A DNA stretch of 63,600 nt, filler included, from Licmophora abbreviata (GCA_900291995.1; 9 parts of 9 records of this genome joined end to end with filler, not necessarily neighbours in it); one strand, 5' to 3'; shown: positions 34,768-46,901, counted from the first letter of the whole stretch. Notes: generated from the letters alone by a model not told the origin. Translations and numbers: made by a program.

Positions 34768-35388
34768 CTACGTCCACGACGGGGTCCACTCCTTGGCAGA
34801 CGCCGACAAGCCATCGTCTGTACCAGTACCTCCACTCGTAGCACGCCTTGATGACTGTGACGCACCGGAAGAAAGTCCTGGAAGAGCGGGCTTCCACGAA
34901 GACGTGACAGGAAGTGCAGTGTGACTAGCCCCGTTAGGAGCCATCCTGGCAGCATAACTCGGCGCTGACATGACACTTCCAGTGTTGCTCGCCGCCAGTG
35001 CGGCTGGGAAGGCTGCTTCGCGTGCTCGTGCTTCTCCTTCATCCTGCGGGTGACGATACAAACACCCCTTCGTTACGCAGTTGTCTCCATGCCGACAATT
35101 GATTCGCTGGTACTTGGCAAGGAGCATATCTGCTTCCTTCTTCGGGGGGTGTCGTTTCCGGCAGCCTCCCTCCTGAAACGAGCAGATTCCCGCCAAGAAC
35201 GCCATACACGGCTCCTTGCTTACCGCAGAAGCGGCGTCGGCTTGTTTCTTGCGAGTGGGATGCCGATAAATACAATCAGGACGTGTACAACCAGCACCGT
35301 AGAAGCACTGGACCATCTGTGAGGACTTGCGCCCGGCTTGCATGGCAACGCCCCGATGGTTGTTCACGTAATTCTTTCCTCGTGGCAT
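34768..35388 (-). CDS. Triple CCCH zinc-finger RNA-binding protein
   Basis: CFYGAGCTRPDCIYRHP, CMAFLAGICSFQEGGCRKRHP and CRHGDNCVTKGCLYRHP. Ends in a PAM2-like LSASAKEWTP. Confidence 0.85.
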   Translation of the reverse strand: MPRGKNYVNNHRGVAMQAGRKSSQMVQCFYGAGCTRPDCIYRHPTRKKQADAASAVSKEPCMAFLAGICSFQEGGCRKRHPPKKEADMLLAKYQRINCRHGDNCVTKGCLYRHPQDEGEARAREAAFPAALAASNTGSVMSAPSYAARMAPNGASHTALPVTSSWKPALPGLSSGASQSSRRATSGGTGTDDGLSASAKEWTPSWT

Positions 35389-35918
35389 GATCTGATAACA
35401 GAGCGTCGTGCCAGCAATCTACCCCCCTACGATGCAAGCAGGCGGTATTGACGTCGACTCTAGAATACTTTCGGCCTTGCAACTTGCAATCAACCGACGT
35501 GACCGACAAACACCGCGACAACGGATGACAGCAAATTCCAAACACAATTTCAATTGAAGTCACTCTCCAGCGCTCGGTTCCTCAATTTAGATCCTTTCTA
35601 CTTTGTACATTGGACAGGTAACCGATCGAAAGTTACAATTTTCAATTTTCGATCAATGTTCAATCGATGCGAGCGTGGCAGTACCGTGTCGGCTTTGAGA
35701 AACAGACGACTGGGCACTGGCTTGCAAGGGACGATGCTAAGAAACGCTCTACACACAGCATTATATCTCCTCAACTTGCATGGTACAGCTATGTTGAATC
35801 GTCTCGCCACCACACTAAAAACATAGTACCGCACCCAGGCACCGTCCATGCCAAGAACGATACTAACCCTCCACTACCACATACTCCCTGTCACCTCTTC
35901 TCCAACAAACGCACTCGC

Positions 35919-37545
35919 TTACACGGCTCCATGCGTCATCATAACGTTCGCCACACGGAGGAATTCCAATAATGTTGGCACCAGCAAACAAGTCTCCGCG
36001 AGCATTGAACTCCTGCGCCGTCCTCTTGACATCTCCATAAATGCGGCCCACTTGCTTGGCCAGCTGTTCGTCCGTCGGGTTCGATCCCAACGCATGGACA
36101 ATGGACGATCCAGTGAGCGTCATGGTATCGGGTCCGTACATGAGACCACGCTTGCGTAGAACCGAACGGGCTCCCGCAGTCACGGTCGAGTTTCCGCCCT
36201 CAATGATACCCATACAACCGTTGTCAGCAAGCCTGTTGGCCGCTGCCGTATCGATCGTGTTCATCGCACCGCACGGAAAGCACAAGTCGCAAGGAATGTC
36301 TAGCATGCTGTCAGGTTCGTTGAACTTGGCCGTCGTGGACGAAATAATGTAGCGTCCCAGCAGGGCACCTCTTTCGTCCTTGATACTATTGATGGTTTTG
36401 AGCTGACCGGCGTTGATACCGTCGGGTTCGTACACATGTCCACTGGCATCGGAAAAGCTGATAGGAATGGCGCCGTACTCCAAGAGCTTCTCGGCAACAC
36501 TACGTGCTACCTTTCCAGATCCGATAATTAGGCAGCGCTTTCCTTCTAAGCTGTCGTTGCGATCCTTGACCATTTCATTGGCAAAGTGAGTCACTGCAAA
36601 GCCTGGCGCCTGGGTTTGACAACGCGCACGTTGGATGTATCGATATGGGAACGAGTGAGTGAGATGTCAAATAGAAAACCATCGTCTGCATGCTTTGATA
36701 TACGACACAAACTTTCCACTTACTGAGTAAAACATGGACGTGGGACCTCCACTCAGAAAAGGACGGCCTCCACTACTCGTCTTGATGTTGATGCGCTTGT
36801 ATTGGCCAAACAAGTATCCGAGTTCCTTGTCGCCGACACCCATACCCATCAAAGGAAGATCTACATCGGGTCCAATGTATTTTGCAAGTTCGGTCATGTA
36901 GGACTGACAGAATCGCTGCATTTCCGCCTCACTCTTGTCAAAGGGATTGAAGTCACTCCCTCCCACGGCCGCTCCGATGTCAAACCCGGTCAAGGCGTTA
37001 CTGAAAACACTGACAAAGCCAAAGGCTTTCAAGACCGCCGTATTGATGTGTGGCGAGAAGTGCAAGGATCCTTCGTAGGGACCAATGCTGGACGAGTACT
37101 GAATTCGCCATCCACGGTTCATTCGCACGACACCCATATCGTCAATCCAGGCGACGCGAAACTGCAAGAATCTCTCTGGCTCCATGAGTGTCTTGGCGAC
37201 AAAGGCATAGCGGGGATTTCGATCAAAAATGGGCGAGAGGCAGTGCAGGGCGGAGGTAACGCAGTCGATGAAAGCTGTTTCGTGTCCGTCACGGCGACTA
37301 GCTTCTCCGACTAGCAAATTTGCAGCTTCCATGCCGGTTTTGAAGCGAACATCACCCTGTCGTCGAAAGAGAGGCTTGTTTCTCCAAGACTTGGATACTT
37401 TCATCGTTTGGTGGACTCCTTCGTCCGACGACAGCAGCGTCTTCTTTCCTGCCACATCAGACGCAGTGGCTAAGGCTCGAACTGCTGTAGACGACACAGA
37501 GGGACAGCGGCGAGCCGCAAGAGCGGCTTTTCGGGCCAGCATCAT
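35919..37545 (-). CDS. NADP-glutamate dehydrogenase homolog with degenerate active site, mitochondrial-type presequence
   Basis: Motifs EPER..FRVAWIDD.G...NRGWRIQY, RFCQSYMTEL, GYLFGQYKR and GANI.GF.RVA..M..HG. Intron 36723-36610. One extra A near 35964 shifts the last 15 codons. Confidence 0.88.
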
Positions 37546-37857
37546 GGTCGAATCTTTCGTTGTGCCGCGAGACACTCAGAAGAAGTTCGGCTTGGAGTTC
37601 GCAGATGGATGACACCCCGGTAGAAATGCTACGTGGGCTCCACGTAGGATCTTTAGGATTCGCATCTAAAACATTTGAATTTTGCTCAATTTCTGAAACT
37701 CCCGATTCCTACTTTGAGAGTATCTTGATCGATGAGGACCGCATCTTTACTCTTTTTGGTATCGGTGTCATCATCCTCATCATTGGTGTGCCCTGTGTCG
37801 TCGGCGTAGACTATTGACGACCATTCATTGCGTTTCTAGAGCATATTCCAGTCTAGG

Positions 37858-39228
37858 ATGAGAGCCTTGTCTATTCTTACGGTAATTCTGGCCTTGGAGG
37901 CGCTCGAAACAGTCCAGGCGAGCCACAGCAGGCCGAGAACGACGGTATCCACCCCGCCCGTTGGATCTCCTCCAGATTTGACCAAGTCACGTCCAACCGT
38001 CGACGTTCAGAAGCTCTCAACAGCAGATTTGACGTATCCTATCGTGACTGAACCTGCGCTTCAGTCGAGGGGTGGAGACTCGGACTCGTTCACCTCAAAC
38101 TTGCTCGATCGACTCAGGATTGCTTCGTACTTTGCGCTGTGGTATGCCCTCAATGTCGTCTACAACAGTAAGTCAGCAGCAAGATGACCCAAGGAGCGAC
38201 TATTTCAGGCACCATCTCACTCGCATCCAACACATCTGCTCGTTTATCGCACCCAAGTTGTCAATAAGAAAGTTTTGAACGTTCTGCCGGCTCCCTTGAC
38301 GGTCGGGACTCTGCAGTTTGGCACAGGTGCCTTGTATGCTTCCTTGTTGTGGCACACCAGACTCCGCACACCGGCGACTCTTACCTCGGAAGGACGCCCG
38401 CTTGTCTCCAAGATTGGTTTCTATCATGCTCTTGGACAGCTCCTCTCCATGGTTTCCTTGGGGGCCGGACCTGTCTCGTTTACCCATATTGTCAAAGCCC
38501 TCGAACCCTTCTTCAGTGCGCTGGTCAATGGCCTCATGTTTGGAAAGTGGATGCAGTGGCAAGTCTATGCGACACTTCTTCCTGTCGTCGGTGGCGTTGG
38601 GTATGCATGCTTGAAAGAACGATCCTTCAGCTGGTTGGCCTTTGCGACCGCCATGGGAAGCAACGTGGCCTTTGCGCTTCGTGCCGTCATGAGCAAGGCC
38701 GCCATGACGGGAGGAGCCACCATGGGAGCCAATCTCACTAGCGCCAACTTGTTTGGATTGGTCACGTGGATGGCGTTCTTTATGAGTATTCCGGCGGCGC
38801 TGTTGGGAGAAGGCATGTCGTTTCTGGACCTGTGGAAAAAGGCCGTCGGAGAGACGGATGTGGTCGAACTGACGAGGGCTGTCATTATTTCGGGGCTATT
38901 TCATTATCTCAACAACGAAGTAATGTACTTGGCGCTGAGCAATGTGCATCCCGTCACTCTGGCCGTCGGAAATACCATGAAGCGTGTATTCATCATGGTG
39001 GCGTCTGTCCTGGTCTTTCGAAATCCTGTGTCGTTGCAGGCGGGTATCGGATCGGGGATCGGCATTGCGGGTGTTTTGCTTTATAGTCTTACAAAACAGT
39101 ACTACGAGGCGCTTGAAGCAGAAGAGACTGCGGGAAAGAAAAAGGGTGGCAAAGCGAAGGGTGGTAAGGCCAGTGCCAAGAAACCGGCACCGCGTGCCAA
39201 CAAAATATTTGCGTTACGCAGACGATGA
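37858..39228 (+). CDS. Triose-phosphate/phosphate translocator family protein (complex-plastid membrane)
   Basis: Motifs YFALWYALNVVYN|IVNKK, VSFTHIVKALEPFF, FHYLNNE and VGNTMKRV. Intron 38168-38257. N-terminal signal peptide. Confidence 0.93.
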
Positions 39229-39315
39229 AGCTTTTGGTACTGGTTTGACGGTATGGACTACACTTCTTCGACAGCTGCTAATTATTGCTAATCGCGACCG
39301 CTTTTTTATCATGCT

Positions 39316-42300
39316 TTACTTGGTATCTTCAGTCCTTTCAAGCTTGTTCGTGGCTTCAGGATTGTGCGACGGGATTCGCTCTCTACGATCCACTTGAGCA
39401 GCCGATGCTGTAGCGACGGGCGGCGGATCCGAGGGGAATACAATGGGTCTTCCGATGATGCGAATGAACATTTCTGCTTCTTGGTACTTGGCGTCAATCG
39501 CTCGGGTCGATGATGCGGACTCGACGATGGCAGCGGTTCGGATTGCCGACCACTCGGGCTGGTCCTCGATGCACGGTTCGTGTTTTTCCAGTATCCGTCG
39601 CTTGGCAAGAATGTAAGCGAGGCTCAAATCCTCCATACCGTGGTTGCCCCAACCGGTGTGTTCGTCGTACCATTCACACCGAAGAAGACGTGCTTCCTCT
39701 TCACGAAGATCGTGCATCAACATACCTGAGTCGACCCATTGAAATGGAAAGTCCGGGTAGGTATCGTAGCGAATCTCGAGGAACTCTCGTCTTAAATTAG
39801 ACTGCACCCCTGCAACGACCTGTTCGTAAAACTGCAGTTGTTGTCTCAATTCACTGCTCGTCTTGACACCCTTCGCCTGCATGAATCTATTCGCGTAGTG
39901 ACTCACTTCACTTGTCTTGGGAGGGAGGTCTTCCACTGGAGCTTCGTGTGGGCCGCCAAACAAAGCAACGCGGCGTGCCCTCCGAGGTGGAACGGGCTCG
40001 AATCGGAAAATAGTCGAGCCGCTGCGATAAATCTTCTTGCGCTTCTCCCCTCGCGCCGGAGAGTCGATCAATTTCATTGTCTCCACAATGACGGTCGAAG
40101 ATGGTAACGGGTATCTGTCTGGTTCCACATACATGGCACGAGTGACGCTGCTGGAGAAGAACTTTCCTGGTGACAGTTTCGGTAGACTCAGCTCCTCCTC
40201 CGTCATGGTACTGTCGTTGGCTGGTACAAAGAGAAGGGTCCATCCACTTGCCTTCGAAAGGCCACTGAGCGCCACCACAGTGTCGGCGCCCGCCTTTTTG
40301 GCGACCCGCCTGGCCAAGACGCTCTCCGCCGATACAAAGGCAACATTGCATAACATGTCATCGGAGGCGGTCCCACTCCACGTCGCACTCTGTGGCAACG
40401 CCCCCGTGCTTGAAGAAAGATCCACCATATACGTAAGATACTTGCACCCTTTCGTAGTCTTGCGAGCACTCTCGACCACTCGATCGTCATACACGGAGCT
40501 GGTGCACTGGTGCTGGTAGCCACACTCAGACGCACAAGGGAACGGGCGCGATGTCAAGTGTGACATCGTCTCGTTGCCAAACAAGACTTTCCGGAATTTA
40601 GGACGGGATTCAACGATTTCGTTGCCATATGGAAATGCACGCGACAGGTGCGAAGCAGCCATTCTCTGGGAGCCGATGGCGGGCGACACGGATGCCTCCC
40701 AGCCCAACCATTCGGAAGTTATCGACACGTCCTGCGCCGAGCTGCTTCTTCGCTGCTGAGTCGTAGTGTCTGCGTTGCCGCGCAAGCTCCGTTTCGCAGA
40801 ATCCTGCTCCATCGCCGGAGGCGCACCATCACGTTTGACTCCCCCCACCAAGCGATCGACCTCGTCTTGCAAAACAGCTCGATTTACGGCCGGTCCTCCA
40901 CTAGTGCCAATCGTAAACGACGACACAAAAGCAAACTCCTGTTTCCACTGCATTCCCGCAACAAGCGCGTCGACCAGGTCGTCCTCGTGCAAGTACAATG
41001 TGTTATCGGAAGATGCATCCGCAAGACTCACGGTCGTGTTGTCGATCAGTCCCAACGCATACTTGATGCTTTCTCGCAAATGAGTCGCACCATCATCCAC
41101 GCCACCGTACACAACATGTCCAGGCTCCAATTGCAGTGTCGTCATGGAAAGACCGTGCAACGCGTGATGGGTCGACGTCAATACATGATGTTCGTGTACC
41201 ACGTGATGATCCGGCAAGAACGTGACTACATGCGGTTGTCTTCGTTTCGTCGTTTTGAGCTGCACCAAGGCGTCCAATAAATGTGACAACGATGCCAGTC
41301 GTTCGTATCGATGAAACAATCGTGCCGTCGGAGACTCGTCGTCGTCACTATGATCATGATCACTGTGGGCTTCCTCAACATGCGCCACTGGCAAATGTAC
41401 AATGTGAGTCGGCTGGAATGATTGCAGCGTTTTCAGCAGTGTTTGCTTGCCGAGCGGCTGAAGTCCAACGACCGAAACTACCAACTTTTCAAAGACAGGT
41501 ATGGTTCGCTTCAATACACTGTAGAATTCATGTAGAAGCCGCATTCTGGTATACTTGTGATTGGGCATGAGAGAGTCGATTCCCAAGACATGTTCGACGC
41601 CGCAGTCGTTGTACAGCCGCAAGGCCAGTTTGACCCCCACCTCGCTCAGTACATTTGTAATGACCACCTTGGAATCGCGATTGAGCGGCGCCGACGATGA
41701 CCAGTGTTTGGACGGAGAAGAAGTATCGCCACCACCACATATAGAATCCACAGATTTCCATGACGCAGCCGATGTATCGTCCTTGTCATGCTTCGGAATG
41801 ACACCATCGTAGGACACTGGTTGTAGTGATGATCGAATGGTCGTGGCCGGTGGCGCAACACGGTTTCGCCGACGTCGGTATCGTTGTTGCAGTGTCGCGA
41901 GTTGCGCAGCGGACAGTTTCGAAAGCGACGGTGATTTCTTGACCGCTCCAGTTCCACCACCTCCCACACTGCCACTACGAGTCCCTCCTAGAGTCGACGC
42001 TGTTGCGTTGTTGCTGGTGTCGTCGTCTTGGTGATTGTGCTGCCTCCCGACAAGGTATAAACGACAAAGTCGTCAGTCGCTCGTTTCATTTGCGCATGCA
42101 AGGAAGGGTAGCGAAGTAGAGATGCGACAAGGATAAGTCCAAGAGCCACCATGAGAGCCATTCGACGGCGTTCCTTTCGAGAGTAGCGTGTTGGTCGTTG
42201 ACGATGAAAACAGGAGGACCCACAGAGAGTAGTACAGCGTTTGAAAGTACTACTACTAGTAGTAGTAGAAGTGGTAGAAGTAGCCAGCAGTGTGGACCTC

Positions 42301-42578
42301 ATCCCGCCAGGCTGTGATGCGTTCGACCGAGAAAATCGTCGAGTGGGTGTCATCGAGGCTGTTCGTGTCACTCCTGCTCGATTCGGCGGTAGTGTTTCAA
42401 TCTGTTCAATCTGATTGCTGCCAGAGGAAGCAGACGAAGAGGCTGTGGACTGGCACATGGTGTTGTCAAAATCAAAAGTTGCCGTGGCACGGTCCGTCGC
42501 AGTAGATTGTGCGTCCCGGGGTCTCTTTCGAGCCGGATTTCTCTGTCGAGAGGCGTCAGGAGGATGAAAGTGTGACAT
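39316..42578 (-). CDS. Type II membrane protein: degenerate SDR-epimerase-like domain plus DUF616/TOD1-MUCI70-like domain (paralog A)
   Basis: ORFs 41988-42578 (TM helix) and 39316-41967 are joined by a 1-nt frameshift near 42037. Shares FPCASEC, CNVAFVS, LPKLSPG.FF and LRC with the neighbouring gene. Confidence 0.7.
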
Positions 42579-42735
42579 GTCGAGACTCCTCTCTACGTGA
42601 AATCACCGGGGAACAATGCAAACGTGATGGCTACCGACCTATGTAAGGTAGACTACACCCTATCGAGTGTCGAGGCTCGTCATTTCCGTGTCTCAAGTAT
42701 TGGGCCGTCTCATTACTCGCATGTCGCCGCGATTC

Positions 42736-42749
42736 GACTCATTCGACTC
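42736..42749. promoter_or_regulatory. GACTCATTCGACTC element in the 420-bp bidirectional promoter
   Basis: Exact 14-mer also present at 62474-62487. Confidence 0.45.
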
Positions 42750-42998
42750 ATAGCACAGAGCTCGCAGTCGGCGATGGCGAGCTCGTAAGCTCCCAACGCG
42801 CGCTCCTACATTCAACATTGTTTCCGCGACCATGGCGAAATAAAAAAATTGCTCGAGGGACGGGTCGATAGTCGTCGTTTTCGCATCGTTTGGCAAAGCA
42901 TTGAGGCGCGAGAGTGAGTTCATTCTTGTCTGCGGACAGTAAGTACACTCATAAAACCACCCGATACTCCCAGAATACAGCAAAAGACCTCCAAAACG

Positions 42999-45900
42999 AT
43001 GAACAACGACGACTTGACGACCAACACCATCGGGCTCACGTCAGACATGGCGCTGCTACGGCATTCTCACTCGTCTCGACGACGACCACGACGATCTTCT
43101 CCAGTTTCGTCATCCGTCACGTCTCTCTCCGCCTTCTGTACGCTTCTGCTTGCACTCCTATCGTCAATTCAGGCCACAGCTCAGCCGCAGTCGGACGATG
43201 CTCTCACACCCGAAAGCGTGGTCCTAGTCACGGGCGCCGCTGGATTCCTCGGAAGCGAACTTGCCATGGCCCTGGGACGTGTCTACGACGTCAAAAAGAT
43301 CATTTGTGTCGACGTCATGAGTGCTGCTACTACAACACACACGAACTCTCTGCCAGAAGAACAGAATCTTGCTCTCTTTGAGTTTCAGCGTCAGCGAGCC
43401 TTTCACGTATTGCAAGACTTGCAGCAAAAGATTCATTTCTATCGCAGCGACATTGCTCCCTCGCTTCCGGAATACTTCGATCTGGGCGAAGTGCCGGTGC
43501 TAGAGTACATCTGGAGAGAGCACAGTGACATTACACATGTCGTACATCTCGCAGAGCCTCCCGGCTCGCAGTACATGGCTGTGCCGAGAACGAAGGAGTC
43601 CATCAAGGCGGGACTCATGGAGACTGTGCTCGAACAAGCCTTGAAGCAACCCAGACCACCCCACATTGTCTATGCCTCCTCTTACGAAGTCTATGATCAT
43701 CGAAACAGTGCTGATGGTCGAGGCAATGCAGAAACAACAGCCCCGTTTCGTGAGTCCACTCCCATCACGGTCCCGTCGTCACTGCGGGGCGCATCCAAAC
43801 TACTGGACGAAATGCTCGCTCAGACGTACTATGAAACCGATCAACTCTTTACCGTGGGACTGCGTCTCTTCTCCTTGTATGGTCCATGGGGCGTTCCTGG
43901 TTCCCCGCTCTTTGAAATGGCCGAACGAGCCGTCGCCGGGGATGTCAGTATACTACAGCAGAATGGAAGCGGCGAGTCGGACCTGTGGGACGATGTACGA
44001 GATTACTTGTACATTGACGATGCCGTCGATGCGGTTCTTAGTGCCATGCAAGTACGAACCGTCGACGGGGCGCCGCTGTCATCAATGTCGGGTCGGGACA
44101 GGGCACGTCACTGCGAGAGATTGCGCGACACATGGAAACTCTACTTCCTCGAAAGACTCCTGATCTTCAAGTGCCATCCGATTCTTCTTCTACTACCTCG
44201 ACATCTCGGACTATCTCCTTCGCTTCCATGGACCGAGCGGAACAGATACTTGGCTTTCAACCGCAGATCTCATTGCAACAAGGACTCACAAAGCTCTTGG
44301 CGTGGCACTNNNNNNNNNNNNNNNNNNNNNNNNNNNNNNNNNNNNNNNNNNNNTTAATTAATTAANNNNNNNNNNNNNNNNNNNNNNNNNNNNNNNNNNN
44401 NNNNNNNNNATGGACCGAGCGGAAAATGTACTTGGCTTTCAACCGCAGATCTCATTGCAACAAGGACTCACAAAGCTCTTGGCGTGGCACTACGATCGAG
44501 CATTTCCGTACGGCAGTCACACCGCAGCCGAGAATCAACACCACGAGGCGCTAGCCAAGCAAGGAATCGTCTCCTGTTTGCCGTATGACAAGGAGTGCTT
44601 GAGCGGTACTCCCGTCTTTCCTTGTGCGTCAGAGTGCTCGCATGAAGCGCAGTGTACTTCGTCGTTTTATGACGACGTCTTGGTTGTGACTAGATCTCTC
44701 GCCACCGAGTGTCGTGATATCTTGTACACGGTCGCCCTCGAGATTGACTTGGAGAACATTCCATCTGCCAACATGGCAGGCTCGTCCCGCAAGGCGTCGT
44801 TCTTGGAAGGACCTTGCAACATTGCGTTCGTTTCCGAGTCAAGCCCGCTAGTACAACGACTCAAGGAAGAACAAGACTTTTCGTCGTCGTGGACCGTCGT
44901 GGAGGAATTTCTTCGGATCGCTAGTAATTCAAATGGCAAGGAGAAGAAGCTTTTGACTCACGGATATTGGACGCTGATTCCGGTATGGACGCCGTCGTTC
45001 GTGACGGGGGATGAGGCGTTGTTCCGACTGTTGCCAAAACTATCGCCAGGTCTTTTTTTTGGCAAGTCGACGCACCGCGCCATCTACTGCGACCCAAACG
45101 TCGTTTTCAAGAATGTCAAGTCAATCATTCGAGAGGCTCACATGCAACCGTACTTGGATGGCGTAGAAGGTGCGACCGCCATGCTGGTGGGGGGAGAGCG
45201 ACCGGGGCCCACGAGTGCGTTTGGAAAGGCAGCGGGGCACATTGGCCAATTGCCTCTGTCAACCGAGTCAGTTCAGAATGCCGCCTATCGCATGATTCAG
45301 ATTGGTGCGATTGACGAAATGATTGCGGGCGAGGGAAGCTCTCAACACGCCTTGGTAGATTCTTCGTGGGTCGTCCACACGTTGCAGAGCGAAGATAGTC
45401 GACTCTTTCGTTGCGATGTGTTGGGCGAAGTTATCCAGTGGGACGTTCCGACCGACAAGACTGCATTCGAGTTCATAATGGAACTCCACGACATGTGGAG
45501 CCGTGTTATTGTCAACACGAAGGAGAATGAGCCTTGGTGGATTGGCGATGCCGTCTTGACCGTCCCGCAGGAAACTAGTGCCGCGTCGGACGAAAGTGAC
45601 AAGGAAGCAGACATGGCACAAGATCGACGGCGATTGGCTGACACAGTAGCAGGCGCCGAGGCTGAGACGGAGGGTTTCAGCGGCGAAGGAGAAGGCGTTG
45701 GCAAGGAAGACGACGCTGATGGGGAAGGAGACGCTGACGAGGAAGAGGAAAGTGATGAGGAGGAAGATGCGGACACGGACGAGGATGCCGACAAAGAAGA
45801 ATCTGACGAGGAAGATGAAAGCGAAGAAGCCGAAAACGAGGAAGACGAAACCACGAAAGAGACGGACAATTCCGAAGAGACTGACAAGACATCCGAAGCA

Positions 45901-46392
45901 AACAGGGAGTCGAAGGCTGGGGGAGCGATGAATGCAGAGGCGCTACTCCGAGATGACAAGGAAATTACTGGTGACGAGACCGAAGGTACTAGCACCGATG
46001 TGGACGCCGGCGAGAAGGACGAAGCATTTGACTCCAAGAAACAAGCTGGAGACGAAACGGAGGAAGAGAATGAAGGGTTTCTTGGAGAAAAGAATGAAGA
46101 GGTTGATACCGGAGCCGGAGATGCGAAGCCGAACGACGAGACCCAAGACCAGGAAGAGACGGAACCAGAGAACGAAGCGCTTGCTCAGGAGGAACTCAAT
46201 GAGGTCGATACAGGAGACGAAGACGAAAAATCTGAACAGAAGAACCAAGAGTCCCAAGACGTCGAGCGTGATGTGAGCGGGTACGATACATGGATGGGGG
46301 TGCTGTCGTCGACATCAACCTACTACTTCGTTCGGATTGTTCCCTCCTTGGAAGTGGGCGCAATGTATCTGGAGGACTACAGTATTGACTAG
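42999..46392 (+). CDS. Secretory-pathway protein: UDP-glucuronate 4-epimerase-like SDR plus DUF616-like domain with acidic insert (paralog B)
   Basis: Motifs VLVTGAAGFLG, VVHLA, IVYASS, GLRLFSLYGPWG, RDYLYIDD, VINVGSG (after a 1-nt frameshift near 44077) and LGFQPQISLQQGL. Then FPCASEC and LPKLSPGLFF. Spans the gap at 44310-44409. Confidence 0.8.
44310..44409. other. Assembly gap spacer with overlapping flanks
   Basis: 44228-44309 is repeated at 44410-44491 with a few substitutions. Confidence 0.95.
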
Positions 46393-46901
46393 TAAAAACA
46401 TCCGCAATTCGTAGCACACGTGATTTCGCCTCCCCGTGCCCCGTGTTTGCATGTACAAGGTAGCGAGGCCGTAATGAGGTCGATAATGGAACCCCTGCAT
46501 TGCATGGCAAAACTCTACCTCGTCGGCAGTTGACTCTTGTACCTGTAGCCGATCCGTCATCAGCTGCAGTGCGCACAAGAAGCGGCCGTTGTTCGAGACG
46601 CAACATGGAAGCGGTCAGCACGAAAGACAAAACATTATCGACCAAGCAACAAGTGAACCAATCTTACCTCACAACCTTATCGGCATCTCAAGCTACGGGT
46701 TAAATCGGTTCATTCCTGCGTCTCCTGTAGTGGGCGTTGCGAGCCGCTTCAGTGTTGAAGTGTGATCTACAAAATCATTCACGGGGGGCGAATCGCTTGC
46801 CCAATCTCAATATAGCTATGGTCCGTGATGACGCTACGCGTTTCTCTGTCGCTTCTCGCTTCTTGAACAAGAAATGTAGCAGAAGGTCGACCTTGCACTT
46901 T

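Noticed and set aside
8834..37545. leuB plus pseudo-GDH as a leucine-sensing gene cluster
   Set aside because: About 26 kb apart with unrelated genes and several gaps between them, and different predicted compartments.
35960..44080. Programmed ribosomal frameshifting at the frame breaks
   Set aside because: No slippery heptamers or obvious stimulatory structures; sequencing error is simpler.
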